From Eubacteriales bacterium (lineage in GTDB: Bacteria > Bacillota > Clostridia > Oscillospirales > JAAYXM01): DNA of 64,000 nucleotides. Both the position numbers and the translations under genes were made by a program. The notes below the pieces were generated by a model. The model saw nothing but the letters and a program-made list of their open reading frames with translations. It did no database searches and had not been told where the DNA came from. Of this stretch, positions 34,975 to 44,852 are shown in pieces. Position 1 is the first letter of the stretch, and each line of letters starts with the position of its first letter. The DNA lies in assembly GCA_045580305.1 (NCBI GenBank), contig JAZNNQ010000035.1:15437-79436 (forward strand), read 5' to 3'.

Positions 34975-36957
34975 TTACTTAACTAATGCCTTTGCCTTTG
35001 CAACTACATTCTCTACTGTGAAGCCGAACTTCTTGAAGAGAAGGCCTGCAGGAGCGGAAGCACCAAAGTGGTCGATGGAGATGATGTCGCCGTCTAAGCC
35101 TACATACTTGTCCCAACCGAAGGAGGATGCTGCCTCAATTGCAAGACGAGCACGAACACTCTTCGGAAGAACGCTCTCCTTATACTCAGCACTCTGCATC
35201 TCGAAGAGTGACATGGAGGGCATACTTACAACTCTTGCATCAATGCCGTCCTTTGCAAGCTCAGCGTGAGCGTTGTATGCAAGTTCAACCTCACTACCGG
35301 AAGCGATAAGGATGATGTCAGGAGTTTTCTTCTTGGAATCGAGGAGAACATATGCACCCTTAAGAGCTTCCTTACTGCTCTCCTTATACTGGGGCAGGTT
35401 CTGGCGGGTAAGAGCAAGACCTACCGGGTGACTACCGTTGGTAACAGCATAGTACCAAGCAGCAGCGGTCTCTGTACCGTCAGCCGGACGGAAGTCAACA
35501 AAACCGGGGATAGAGCGCATAGCAGCGAGCTGCTCAATGGGCTGATGGGTAGGACCATCTTCACCAACACCGATACTGTCGTGAGTTAAGATGTATGCAA
35601 CCGGCTGGTTCATAAGAGCGGAAAGACGCATTGCCGGCTTCTCGTAGTCGGAGAACACAAAGAATGTAGCGTTATAAGCCTTGAGGCCTCCGTGAACGGA
35701 AATAGCGTTACAGATAGCGCCCATTGCATGCTCACGAACACCGAAGTGTAAGTTATTGCCTGCATAGTTATCCTTGGAGAAGTCGCCCATACCGTTCATA
35801 TAGCTCTTATTGGAGGGTGCAAGGTCAGCAGAGCCACCGAATAGGTTGGGAACGAATTTTGCAAGGCGGTTAAGAACTTCACCGGAGGTAGCGCGGGTTG
35901 CCATGGGCTTATCTTCAAATGCCCAGAACTCATCAGAGTCAAGCTTTGCCATATCAACCTTACCGCTAAACCAAGCATCCCACTCCTTAGCAAGGTCGGG
36001 ATATGCCTTAGCGTACTCAGCGAATGCCTTGTCCCAAGCGTCAACATTTGCATCAAGTTCAGCTATCTTTGCCTTCATAAAGTCGGAAACTTCAGCGGAA
36101 ACAAAGAACTCATCAGCAGGCATGCCGAGATTTTTCTTTAAATCAACGATGTTGTCAGCACCTAAAGGCTCACCGTGTGAGGAAGCCTTGCCTGCCTTAG
36201 CAGAGCCGTAGCCGATAACAGTAGTAATCTTAATAATGGAAGGACGGGTAGTATCTGCCTTAGCAGCATCAATTGCAGCGTTAATTGCATCTAAGTCATT
36301 ACCGTCTGCAACCTCAAGGGTCTGCCATCCGTAAGCAGCAAAGCGAGCGTTAACATCCTCGGTAAATGCGATGTCGGTATTACCCTCGATGGTGATGGAG
36401 TTGGAATCGTATAAAACGATGAGCTTACCAAGACCTAAAGTGCCGGCTAAAGAAGCTGCCTCAGCGGAAACACCTTCCATAAGACATCCGTCACCGCAGA
36501 GTACATATGTAAAGTGGTCAACGACATTGTGACCCTCGCGGTTGAATTTTGCAGCGAGATGTGCCTCTGCCATAGCAAAGCCAACACCGTTTGCAATACC
36601 CTGACCTAAAGGACCGGTTGTAATTTCAACACCCTTGGTATGGCCAAACTCGGGATGACCCGGGGTAAGGCTGTCAAGCTGACGGAAGCTCTTGAGATCA
36701 TCCATAGAGACGCCGTAGCCGAAAAGGTGGAATAAGCTGTAGATAAGTGCGGAACCATGACCTGCGGATAAAATAAAGCGGTCGCGGTTAGCCCAGTTTA
36801 AGTTTTTCGGGCTGTGCTTCATCTGATTTGCCCAGATTGCATAAGCAATGGGAGCAGCACCGAGGGGAAGACCCGGATGACCGGAATTAGCCTTCTGAAC
36901 GGTCTCAGCTGAAAGCACACGAATAGTATTTACTACATTGGTTTCGATTTTATTCAT
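34975..36957 (-). CDS. tkt: Transketolase
   Basis: 660 aa. [12 protein letters not shown] (ThDP-binding N-terminus), GDGCLMEG and [19 protein letters not shown] motifs are present. Confidence 0.96.
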   Translation of the reverse strand: MNKIETNVVNTIRVLSAETVQKANSGHPGLPLGAAPIAYAIWANQMKHSPKNLNWANRDRFILSAGHGSALIYSLFHLFGYGVSMDDLKSFRQLDSLTPGHPEFGHTKGVEITTGPLGQGIANGVGFAMAEAHLAAKFNREGHNVVDHFTYVLCGDGCLMEGVSAEAASLAGTLGLGKLIVLYDSNSITIEGNTDIAFTEDVNARFAAYGWQTLEVADGNDLDAINAAIDAAKADTTRPSIIKITTVIGYGSAKAGKASSHGEPLGADNIVDLKKNLGMPADEFFVSAEVSDFMKAKIAELDANVDAWDKAFAEYAKAYPDLAKEWDAWFSGKVDMAKLDSDEFWAFEDKPMATRATSGEVLNRLAKFVPNLFGGSADLAPSNKSYMNGMGDFSKDNYAGNNLHFGVREHAMGAICNAISVHGGLKAYNATFFVFSDYEKPAMRLSALMNQPVAYILTHDSIGVGEDGPTHQPIEQLAAMRSIPGFVDFRPADGTETAAAWYYAVTNGSHPVGLALTRQNLPQYKESSKEALKGAYVLLDSKKKTPDIILIASGSEVELAYNAHAELAKDGIDARVVSMPSMSLFEMQSAEYKESVLPKSVRARLAIEAASSFGWDKYVGLDGDIISIDHFGASAPAGLLFKKFGFTVENVVAKAKALVK

Positions 36958-37219
36958 GTTTTTTCACCTCGTAAAAAATATACTTGAGTACATTATACAC
37001 TATATTTTCTCATTTGTATAATATTTTTTTAATTTTTTTGAAAAAATAAAAAAGTTCTTTACTTTTTTGCAAACCTGTGTTACAATACCTAGGCGTGGGT
37101 TTGCGCCCATAGCGTGTCCCTGTTCTATGTTTGGGGATAAAGCCTTGTTAAATCCAGGTTTTTCACCCACCCCATACGCAGATTAGCGGATAAAAATCTA
37201 TAGAAAGGTGAAGTGCATC

Positions 37220-37486
37220 ATGATTTTAAAAGAGCAGAAGACCGCGGTTATCGAAGCTAACCGCACTCATCCGACCGATACCGGTTCGCCTGAGGTTCAG
37301 ATCGCAATTTTAACCGAGCGCATTGCTCAGCTCACCGAGCATCTCAAGGTACACCACAAGGATAACCATTCCCGTCGTGGACTCCTGCAGATGGTTGGTA
37401 AGCGCCGTAATCTTTTAAACTACCTTGCAAAGAAAGATATCGAGCGCTATCGTGCAATCGTTGCAAAGTTAGGTCTGAGAAAGTAA
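37220..37486 (+). CDS. rpsO: 30S ribosomal protein S15
   Basis: 88 aa. [51 protein letters not shown] is canonical S15. Start at ATG 37220; the track start at 37208 is a GTG within the AAAGGTGAAG RBS region. Confidence 0.95.
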   Translation: MILKEQKTAVIEANRTHPTDTGSPEVQIAILTERIAQLTEHLKVHHKDNHSRRGLLQMVGKRRNLLNYLAKKDIERYRAIVAKLGLRK

Positions 37487-37495
37487 TGACTGTGG

Positions 37496-37525
37496 GGGTA
37501 AGATACAGGCACCTGTATCTTACCC
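37496..37525 (+). terminator. Hairpin after rpsO (probable leaky terminator or processing site)
   Basis: A 13-bp perfect stem gggtaagatacag / ctgtatcttaccc is followed by only a weak T tract (ttctattg). This fits partial read-through into pnp. Confidence 0.6.
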
Positions 37526-37532
37526 TTCTATT

Positions 37533-37631
37533 GTCTGAGTGAATTTCGCGTGGTATTTGTTTAGCAGTTGAATTTGTTCCCGACACCTCGGGTGTAAATT
37601 CAAATGCTAAACTTACGCTCTTCACTCAGAC
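37533..37631 (+). promoter_or_regulatory. Long imperfect stem-loop in the pnp 5' leader
   Basis: The outer stem is gtctgagtgaa (37533-37543) / ttcactcagac (37621-37631). The inner stem is tttagcagttgaattt / aaattcaaatgctaaa, with an apical cccga-cacc-tcggg. The structure ends 12 nt before the pnp RBS. Confidence 0.6.
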
Positions 37632-37655
37632 GAAAATTTGAAAGGAGAGTTTAAA

Positions 37656-39779
37656 ATGATCAAGAAGATGGAATTTAATAAGTTCCGCACATTTGAAACC
37701 GAGTATGCAGGCCGCAAACTCGTAGTTGAGACCGGCAAAATGGCAGGTCTTGCTAACGGTTCCTGCCTTCTTCGTTATGGCGAGACCGTTGTTTTAGTTA
37801 CCGCAACAGCTAGTGAGAAGCCCCGCGCAGGCATTGACTTCTTCCCCTTATCAGTTGATTTCGAGGAGCGTCTTTATGCAGTAGGTCGTATCCCGGGCAG
37901 CTTTATGCGCCGTGAGGGTCGTCCCAGCGAGCGTGCAATTCTTGCATCCCGCCTTATCGACCGTCCTACACGCCCGCTCTTCCCCTCTGATATGAGAAAC
38001 GATGTTGCAATCGCTGCAACCGTTTTATCCGTTGATAACGAGTGCTTACCCGAGATCATCGCTATGATCGGTACCTCAATCGCAATCTCCATCTCCGATA
38101 TTCCGTGGGGTGGCCCGGTTGGCGGCATCAACATCGGCTATGTAGACGGTCAGTTCGTTATGAATCCGGGCTCCGCTGATCGTGCTAAGAGCAGTCTTAA
38201 CTTAACCGTTGCAGGTACTGCTGAGAAGGTTGTTATGATCGAAGCAGGCGCTGACCAGATCCCCGATGACACCATGTACGACGCAATTATGTTCGCACAC
38301 GAGGAGATCAAGAAGTTAGTTGCTTTCATTTCCGAAATCAAGGCTGAAATCGGTCTTCCCAAGTTTGAGTATGCAAAGGCTGCATTTGACTATGACCTCT
38401 TTGAGGATGTTAAGGCTTATGCAACCGACAAGGTTCGTTACTGTATGGATACCGATGACAAGCTCGTTCGTGACGAGCGTCTCCGTGTTCTTTCCGAAGA
38501 GCTCACCGAGCAGTTTATCGAAAAGTACCCCGAGATGGAGACCTATCTTGGCGAGTGTCTTTACAAGATTCAGAAGATGGTTGTTCGTGAGTGGTTACTC
38601 CAGGGCAAGCGTGTAGACGGCCGTTCACTTGATGAGATCCGTCCCCTTGCTGCTGAGGTTTCAGTTCTCCCCAGAACTCACGGTTCCGGTATGTTTACCC
38701 GCGGTCAGACCCAGGTACTCACCACCGCTACTCTCGGTACTCTTGCTGATAATCAGCTTCTCGACACAATTTATGAGGAGGAGACCAAGCGTTACCTCCA
38801 CCACTATAACTTCCCGTCCTACTCTGTAGGCGAAGCTCGTCCCAGCCGCGGCCCCGGCCGTCGTGAAATCGGTCACGGTGCTCTTGCTGAGCGCGCACTG
38901 GAGCCGGTTATTCCCTCTGCTGAAGAGTTCCCCTACTCCATCCGTCTTGTTTCTGAGGTATTAAGCTCCAACGGCTCTACCTCTCAGGGTTCTATCTGCG
39001 GTTCCACCCTCGCTCTTATGGATGCAGGCGTTCCGATCAAGGCTCCTATTGCAGGTATCTCCTGCGGTCTTGTTACCAAGGATGACCAGTGGCTCACCTT
39101 TATCGACATCCAGGGCGTTGAGGACTTCTACGGCGATATGGACTTCAAGGTTGCAGGTAGTAAGGCTGGTATCACCGCTATCCAGATGGACCTTAAGGTT
39201 GACGGCTTAACTCCCGAGATTATCCGTTCTGCACTTACCATCACCCGCGATGCTCGTTACCAGATCTTAGATGAGATTATGCTTCCCTGCATCGCTGAGC
39301 CGAGAGCACAGCTTTCCAAGTACGCTCCCAAGATGCTCCACATGACCATCGATCCGGACAAGATCCGCGATGTTATCGGTAAGGGCGGCAGCGTTATCCA
39401 GAAGATCTGTGCTGACACCGGCGCTAAGGTTGACATTGAGGATGACGGTAATGTTTACATCTCCGGTATTGAGCAGGAAGCTTGCGAGCGCGCAATGGCA
39501 ATCATCAAGACCATTGTAAGCGATCCCGAGGTTGGCGCTCTCTACTATGGTAAGGTAGTTCGTCTTATGACCTTCGGTGCATTCGTTGAAATCGCACCCG
39601 GTAAGGACGGCTTGGTGCACATCTCCAAGCTTGAAAACCGCCGTGTTGAAAAGGTTGAGGATGTACTCAATGTTGGCGATATGACCTGGGTTAAGGTCAC
39701 CGAGATCGACGACAAGGGTCGCATCAACCTCTCCCGTAAGGATGCCTACAACGAAATGGCAGAAAACGAGGACAAGTAA
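37656..39779 (+). CDS. pnp: Polyribonucleotide nucleotidyltransferase (PNPase)
   Basis: 707 aa from ATG 37656 (AAAGGAGAG RBS). It has two RNase PH-like domains, then KH (IRDVIGKGGSVIQKI) and S1 (YYGKVVRLMTFGAFVEIAPGKDGLVHISKL) domains. Confidence 0.96.
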   Translation: MIKKMEFNKFRTFETEYAGRKLVVETGKMAGLANGSCLLRYGETVVLVTATASEKPRAGIDFFPLSVDFEERLYAVGRIPGSFMRREGRPSERAILASRLIDRPTRPLFPSDMRNDVAIAATVLSVDNECLPEIIAMIGTSIAISISDIPWGGPVGGINIGYVDGQFVMNPGSADRAKSSLNLTVAGTAEKVVMIEAGADQIPDDTMYDAIMFAHEEIKKLVAFISEIKAEIGLPKFEYAKAAFDYDLFEDVKAYATDKVRYCMDTDDKLVRDERLRVLSEELTEQFIEKYPEMETYLGECLYKIQKMVVREWLLQGKRVDGRSLDEIRPLAAEVSVLPRTHGSGMFTRGQTQVLTTATLGTLADNQLLDTIYEEETKRYLHHYNFPSYSVGEARPSRGPGRREIGHGALAERALEPVIPSAEEFPYSIRLVSEVLSSNGSTSQGSICGSTLALMDAGVPIKAPIAGISCGLVTKDDQWLTFIDIQGVEDFYGDMDFKVAGSKAGITAIQMDLKVDGLTPEIIRSALTITRDARYQILDEIMLPCIAEPRAQLSKYAPKMLHMTIDPDKIRDVIGKGGSVIQKICADTGAKVDIEDDGNVYISGIEQEACERAMAIIKTIVSDPEVGALYYGKVVRLMTFGAFVEIAPGKDGLVHISKLENRRVEKVEDVLNVGDMTWVKVTEIDDKGRINLSRKDAYNEMAENEDK

Positions 39780-39793
39780 ATAAAACCTTTAAA

Positions 39794-39823
39794 AGCCGAG
39801 GGCAAATGCCCTCGGCTTTTTTT
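39794..39823 (+). terminator. Rho-independent terminator after pnp
   Basis: agccgagggc-aaat-gccctcggct followed by TTTTTTT. Confidence 0.9.
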
Positions 39824-39875
39824 ATGTAATTTTCGCAAAATAAACTGAATAAATTAACTTAAAGGGGGGATTTAT

Positions 39876-41378
39876 TTGAAGATTTCCAAAACCTCGGTTT
39901 TTTATAATATAATGACGCTTACATTTTCCAATATCGGACTTCACGCTCTCGGCTTTGTTTATCGGATATTTTTGAGCAGGATGACCGGTGCTGATGGTAT
40001 GGGCGTTTATCAGCTCATACTTCCCGCCTATTCGGTGCTGTCCTCCTTTTGTATAACCGGACTTACAATGGCAACCTCCAGGCTTTGCGCCTATCACCTT
40101 TCAAGAGGCGAGCCGAGGGATGCCCATCGGGTGGTAAGCATCTCCCTTAAAATATTTCTTTTCCTTTTCGCAATCACGGCAGGTCTTATTTTATCCTTTT
40201 CTTCCTTTATAGCAACGGATATTTTGGGAGATACGCGCACACGGTTATCCCTTATAATAATTCTGCCCTGTCTTCTTTTCACCGGAATTGAAAATATACT
40301 TAAAAATTATTTTTTCGGCGCGTCTCAATTAAGACCGCCCATTACCTCAGAGCTTACCGAGCAAATTGTACGCTTCATTGCGGTTATAGCTCTGCTTTTT
40401 GTGTTTTCGCCGAAAAACGCGAGTCATTCCTCAGCTCTTATAATCTGCGGTATGGTAATAAGCGAGGTTGTTAGCGTCTGTATTCTGGTGCGCTTTTACG
40501 GCGCGAGAAAAAGCAGTAAGACACCGGTGCTCCGCAGCATTGGCGAAATCGCTTTTCCCGTTGCGCTTTCCGCGGTTTTTAATAATTTACTCGCCGCGGC
40601 AAATTCTGTGCTTATTCCTCAGCGCCTTGTCACCTTCGGTATGGAGACCGATGTGGCAATATCCCATTTCGGCGTTCTTTTCGGTATGACAATGCCGGTA
40701 GTTAATCTTCCTTTCGGCTTAATCGGCGCACTCATCACGGTAATTATTCCGAAAATGTCCGAGGGTTTGGAAAATGCCGCCTATTTGCGCCGTAAGGCAG
40801 GTAAAATAATACACACCACAAGCCTTATTGCCCTACCGGCCGTCTGTTTTCTCATTCCATTCGGGCAGGATCTGTGTAAAATTATGTACAATAATCAAAA
40901 TGCAGGCGCATATATGCTACCCCTCTGTATCGCCGCGCTCTTTTCCTTTTATCATATGAGCCTTACCGCGGTGCTGAATGCCATAGGTAAACAGCGGCGT
41001 GCCGCGGTTATTTGCATTTTGGGCGGTCTTATTCAGCTTGCCGGCACATACCTTGTGGGTTATGAGCACATCGGAATTGCCGGATTTTTAGCCGGTGATA
41101 TAATATCCGCTGTCTTTTGTGCCGCATTTTCGCTTCTTCCCGTGCTAAAAAGTCTAAAACTTCGTGTTTCTTTTAAGAATTGGCTTGTTCGGCCCACTCT
41201 TTCCGCAATTTTCGCGGCATTTTCCTCGAATTTTATCTATTTAGTCGCCTTAAATGACAAAATCAGCGCGGTTTACGCGCTGATTTTATCCGGTTTCGCA
41301 TTTATTTTTGCTTATCTTATCACCCTGCGCCTTCAGGGCACAAGTCTTGTCACTTATTTAAAAAAGCTTCGATCGTAA
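39876..41378 (+). CDS. spoVB: Stage V sporulation protein B-like MOP/MurJ-superfamily flippase
   Basis: 500 aa and polytopic. The N-terminal LGFVYRIFLSRMTGADGMGVYQLILPAY closely resembles the SpoVB signature region. TTG start follows GGGGGGA. Confidence 0.75.
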   Translation: MKISKTSVFYNIMTLTFSNIGLHALGFVYRIFLSRMTGADGMGVYQLILPAYSVLSSFCITGLTMATSRLCAYHLSRGEPRDAHRVVSISLKIFLFLFAITAGLILSFSSFIATDILGDTRTRLSLIIILPCLLFTGIENILKNYFFGASQLRPPITSELTEQIVRFIAVIALLFVFSPKNASHSSALIICGMVISEVVSVCILVRFYGARKSSKTPVLRSIGEIAFPVALSAVFNNLLAAANSVLIPQRLVTFGMETDVAISHFGVLFGMTMPVVNLPFGLIGALITVIIPKMSEGLENAAYLRRKAGKIIHTTSLIALPAVCFLIPFGQDLCKIMYNNQNAGAYMLPLCIAALFSFYHMSLTAVLNAIGKQRRAAVICILGGLIQLAGTYLVGYEHIGIAGFLAGDIISAVFCAAFSLLPVLKSLKLRVSFKNWLVRPTLSAIFAAFSSNFIYLVALNDKISAVYALILSGFAFIFAYLITLRLQGTSLVTYLKKLRS

Positions 41379-42630
41379 CGGTAAGTATTTTTTCCTCATT
41401 GGGCGCAAGGTACATTAAGTTTTCCTTCGTGTTGAGGGCATTAGGGCAAGCGCTCCACGGCTCGGCGCAGGCATATTTCGCGTCCTCGGGTGAGAAGAAG
41501 ACATAAGCGTTGTAATTCTCATCTGCTTCCACCACTACCGAATGACCCAGCCCGGTATCAAGGGTAACTTTTCTTGAGTTTATATCGTCAACCACAAAAT
41601 CTGGCTCTTTATCAAACCTGAATTCCCTGCTTCCCATATACGAAACGCAGGTATCTCTGTCCGCGTTAAAATACGGGTGCACCCCGCTGGAAAACGGCAT
41701 AATTTTATCACTTAAATTCTTGAATTTCTGTGTGACGGTGAGCTTATCACCTTTTAAAGCATAGGTGTATTCGACATAGAAATCAAATGGGTATTTTGTC
41801 TTTGTTTCCCCATTGCTCTCAAGACAAATGGTTACAGAAGCGCTACCCTCGGTGTCGGTTTTCACAAGTTTCCAGGGAAGTGTTCTTGCAACGCCGTGGA
41901 TATCAAGCTCATAGGTTTTGCCATCAAGAGTATACTTGCCATCAATAAGTCTTCCGCAAATGGGGAAAAGTATCGGCATACCGCCGCGGACCTTGGCTGT
42001 GGGGTCATTTAATGTATCCCAGTTCATAAAAACAATATCTCGGGAAATCGCAAAAAATGTGGTCAGTATTCCGCCGCGAAGAGTAGCAATGGTAGCACTT
42101 GTACCCGCGCTTTCATCAAAAAGCTCTACACTTTCCCACCTATCGTTTTTCTCAATTACGCGATAGCCGGAAAGGTCGGTTTTATAAACGCTTGTTGGTA
42201 GATTGTGAGCAGGATCAATGGTGTCGCACACCTTTGTCCAGCCTAATTTTTCGTAATATTTTGATGTGTGCTCGGTTCTGAGATAAAGCGTGTCAAATCC
42301 CGCTGTCTTTGCCCTTTTTCTTATATGCAAAATAAGTGCGCGAGCAATGTTTTTGCCCCGCATTTCGGGCAGGACATAGAGAGACCCCATCCAAGGAGTG
42401 AAACTTGATCCCTGTAAGTTATTGTCGTAATATGCAATGGTGCCAACCGGTGCGCCATCAATTACCGCAACATAGGTGTGGGGAATTGAGTCCTTGGTCT
42501 GGGCACACAGTTTTGCCTTTGTCTGCTCCAAGGTAACCGTCGGACGGTCAACCTTGCAAAACTCATTCCAGGTCCAGTTCGCAACCGTGTCAATATACTC
42601 GGGGAAGTCGCAAAGTGAAACTATTTTCAT
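41350..42630 (-). CDS. Fusion protein: N-terminal GNAT acetyltransferase plus C-terminal aldose 1-epimerase-family (mutarotase-like) domain
   Basis: 426 aa. Residues 1 to about 150 carry the GNAT motif A (LYVLPEMRGKNIARALI...YYEKLGW). The remainder carries mutarotase-family motifs (GGMPILFPICGRL, HGVARTLPWKLV, GVHPYFNA). The 3' end overlaps the spoVB 3' end by 29 nt. Confidence 0.7.
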   Translation of the reverse strand: MKIVSLCDFPEYIDTVANWTWNEFCKVDRPTVTLEQTKAKLCAQTKDSIPHTYVAVIDGAPVGTIAYYDNNLQGSSFTPWMGSLYVLPEMRGKNIARALILHIRKRAKTAGFDTLYLRTEHTSKYYEKLGWTKVCDTIDPAHNLPTSVYKTDLSGYRVIEKNDRWESVELFDESAGTSATIATLRGGILTTFFAISRDIVFMNWDTLNDPTAKVRGGMPILFPICGRLIDGKYTLDGKTYELDIHGVARTLPWKLVKTDTEGSASVTICLESNGETKTKYPFDFYVEYTYALKGDKLTVTQKFKNLSDKIMPFSSGVHPYFNADRDTCVSYMGSREFRFDKEPDFVVDDINSRKVTLDTGLGHSVVVEADENYNAYVFFSPEDAKYACAEPWSACPNALNTKENLMYLAPNEEKILTVTIEAFLNK

Positions 42631-42676
42631 AGCATAATCTCCAGTCTATAAAAATAAGGGGCATCTGCCCCTTATT

Positions 42677-43645
42677 TTATTGTTTTTCTCCGTTATTTGG
42701 CTTCTTTGGGAAATGGCGACGACGGCGACGGTGGAAGTTCGGCTTTTTCGGCTCGCCCTCGGTCTCATCAGCTACGGGCGCTGCCACCGGCTCCTCAATG
42801 GGAGCAGGCTCTGTCTCCATCTTTTTGGGACAGCCCTTGCCCTTGGGGCAGACCTCGCACTTGTCATAGACCTTAGGTGCAAGCTCGCCACCCTCGTCAA
42901 GGCGCACCTTTAATTTTCCGCGAAGCAGATTTACATCCACAACGGTACCCACACCGTCGGGAGTTTCAACTACCGCGTCCACCTTGGGTGTGGTGCGGTG
43001 TAGGTCCTCATATGCCTCCTGCTCGTACTTTAAGCAGCACATAAGACGGCCGCAGGTGCCTGAAATTTTAGTGGGGTTAAGGGAGAGATTTTGCTCCTTC
43101 GCCATTTTGATAGACACAGGCTGGAAATCCTCCAAAAAGCTTGAACAGCAGAATGGTCTGCCGCAAATGCCCAAACCGCCAAGTAATTTCGCCTCATCAC
43201 GAACACCTACCTGGCGAAGCTCTATCCTTGTTTTGAAAACAGAAGCTAAATCGCGGACAAGCTCGCGGAAGTCCACCCTTCCGTCAGCGGTAAAATAGAA
43301 AAGTATTTTACTTCTGTCAAAGGTGCACTCAACATCTATTGCCTTCATTTCAAGCTTGTGCTCAAGCACCTTTTCCTGACAAATTTTAAGGGCCTCCGCC
43401 TCTTTTTCCTTGTTCTTGGCAAGAGTTTCACGATCCTCGTCGGTAGCGGCGCGGATTACCTTCTTAAGAGGCTCCACCACATCCTCATCAGGTATCTCGT
43501 AGTTGCCCTGAGTAACATGACCATACTCAATACCGCGCGAGGTTTCAACGATTACATCTTCGCCCTTTTTATATACTATACCGCATGGGTCGAAGGAATA
43601 AACACGACCCAGCTCTTTAAATTGAACTCCGACTATTTCCCTCAA
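42677..43645 (-). CDS. ricT: PSP1-domain protein YaaT/RicT (stage 0 sporulation protein)
   Basis: 322 aa. VGVQFKELGRVYSFDP and the Cys cluster GICGRPFCCSSFL...GTCGRLMCCLKYE are typical of YaaT. It has a basic C-terminal tail. TTG start follows AAGGAGG. Confidence 0.88.
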   Translation of the reverse strand: MREIVGVQFKELGRVYSFDPCGIVYKKGEDVIVETSRGIEYGHVTQGNYEIPDEDVVEPLKKVIRAATDEDRETLAKNKEKEAEALKICQEKVLEHKLEMKAIDVECTFDRSKILFYFTADGRVDFRELVRDLASVFKTRIELRQVGVRDEAKLLGGLGICGRPFCCSSFLEDFQPVSIKMAKEQNLSLNPTKISGTCGRLMCCLKYEQEAYEDLHRTTPKVDAVVETPDGVGTVVDVNLLRGKLKVRLDEGGELAPKVYDKCEVCPKGKGCPKKMETEPAPIEEPVAAPVADETEGEPKKPNFHRRRRRHFPKKPNNGEKQ

Positions 43646-43661
43646 AACATAGTCCTCCTTT

Positions 43662-44525
43662 TTATATCAATGACGCGTAAATCTCCACAGCGCATTTTGC
43701 CACAATATGGGCAACGCCTACATTGCGCGAAATCAGAGTACGGGCATCACTTATAGCGTCTGTTATTTTTAATATTTCATTTACCGAAAGTGCTTTGCCT
43801 ACGGAATGCCCACACTCCTCACCGCTGAGAAGCTCTCCGCCGCCGGCAGAGATAATCGCTCCGTCACGAAGTATGAGTATGAGGTGGCTTAAAATCCCGC
43901 TCATTTCATCTCTCTTTTTCTTTTCGCAAGAGATGAGTGCTTTAAGTATTTCAAGCTCGTTCCTTGTGGAAATCGCCTCTGCGATCGAACGGGCAGGAGA
44001 GGCAATTTCCGGTTCAACCGTTTCCTCTGCAATGCTTTGCAGTTTAAGATGAGTAACACGGGACATAACGGTTGTAAGCAGGCTGTTATGATTATAACAC
44101 AAAAGAATAAAGGTTGTAAATCGTGGCGGCTCCTCCAAAATTTTGAGTAGTGCGTCCTGCGCCTCCTGGGTCATTTTGTCCGCATCGTCTATTATATAGA
44201 CCTTCTTCTCACCGTCGTTGGGCAGAAGGTATGCATCCTTACGGATAGCGCGGATCTCATCCACCTTTATCGAAGCACTCTCGCACCTTAGCCAGATAAT
44301 ATCGGGATGGTTGTCGCCACTCGCTTTTTTGCAGGCGGCGCAAGTGTCACAAGGCGCATTTTCACCGACACAGACAATCGCACCTGCTAAAATCTTTGCA
44401 AGTTTTTCCTTTTCCTCTTCGTCATTGCCGGAAATCAAAAACGCGTGCGGCACGGTCTTACGGGTAAAAATAGCAGTAAGGTAGTCGCGCACCCGGGGAT
44501 TTCCGCTTATTTTTTCAAAGCCCAT
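43662..44525 (-). CDS. holB: DNA polymerase III delta-prime subunit (HolB)
   Basis: 287 aa. It has a clamp-loader AAA+-like N-terminus (VPHAFLISG), a zinc-module-like CDTCAACKK, and a degenerate Walker B (YIIDDADKMT). The start overlaps the darA stop (TAATG). Confidence 0.85.
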   Translation of the reverse strand: MGFEKISGNPRVRDYLTAIFTRKTVPHAFLISGNDEEEKEKLAKILAGAIVCVGENAPCDTCAACKKASGDNHPDIIWLRCESASIKVDEIRAIRKDAYLLPNDGEKKVYIIDDADKMTQEAQDALLKILEEPPRFTTFILLCYNHNSLLTTVMSRVTHLKLQSIAEETVEPEIASPARSIAEAISTRNELEILKALISCEKKKRDEMSGILSHLILILRDGAIISAGGGELLSGEECGHSVGKALSVNEILKITDAISDARTLISRNVGVAHIVAKCAVEIYASLI

Positions 44526-44848
44526 TAGAACTTTTCAAACCTTTCAACATCAAGTACGAACACGGTTGCGCCGCCCACATTTACCTCAACGGGCGCTGTG
44601 GGGAAGAAGCACATACCGATCTCACTGGTAGAGGGCAGAAGCTGTTTTCTGCTGTGTGAATACTCGTTTATAGTATCAAGCACATCCTGCACCTTTTCCT
44701 CGTCAACACCGATAATAACCGTGGTGTTGCCGGTCTTTAAAAAGCCGCCGGTGGTAGCCAGACGGGTAACCGAATAGCTTTTCTTCATAAGCTGGTTGAT
44801 AACATCATTCGCATCGTCTGCATTGATAATTGCCATTACAAGTTTCAT
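44525..44848 (-). CDS. darA: Cyclic-di-AMP receptor DarA (PstA/YaaQ, PII-like)
   Basis: 107 aa. MKLVMAIINADDANDVINQLMKKSYSVTRLATTGGFLKTGNTTVIIGVDEEKV matches the YaaQ/DarA family pattern. It has the conserved position upstream of holB. Confidence 0.85.
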   Translation of the reverse strand: MKLVMAIINADDANDVINQLMKKSYSVTRLATTGGFLKTGNTTVIIGVDEEKVQDVLDTINEYSHSRKQLLPSTSEIGMCFFPTAPVEVNVGGATVFVLDVERFEKF

Positions 44849-44852
44849 ATTT

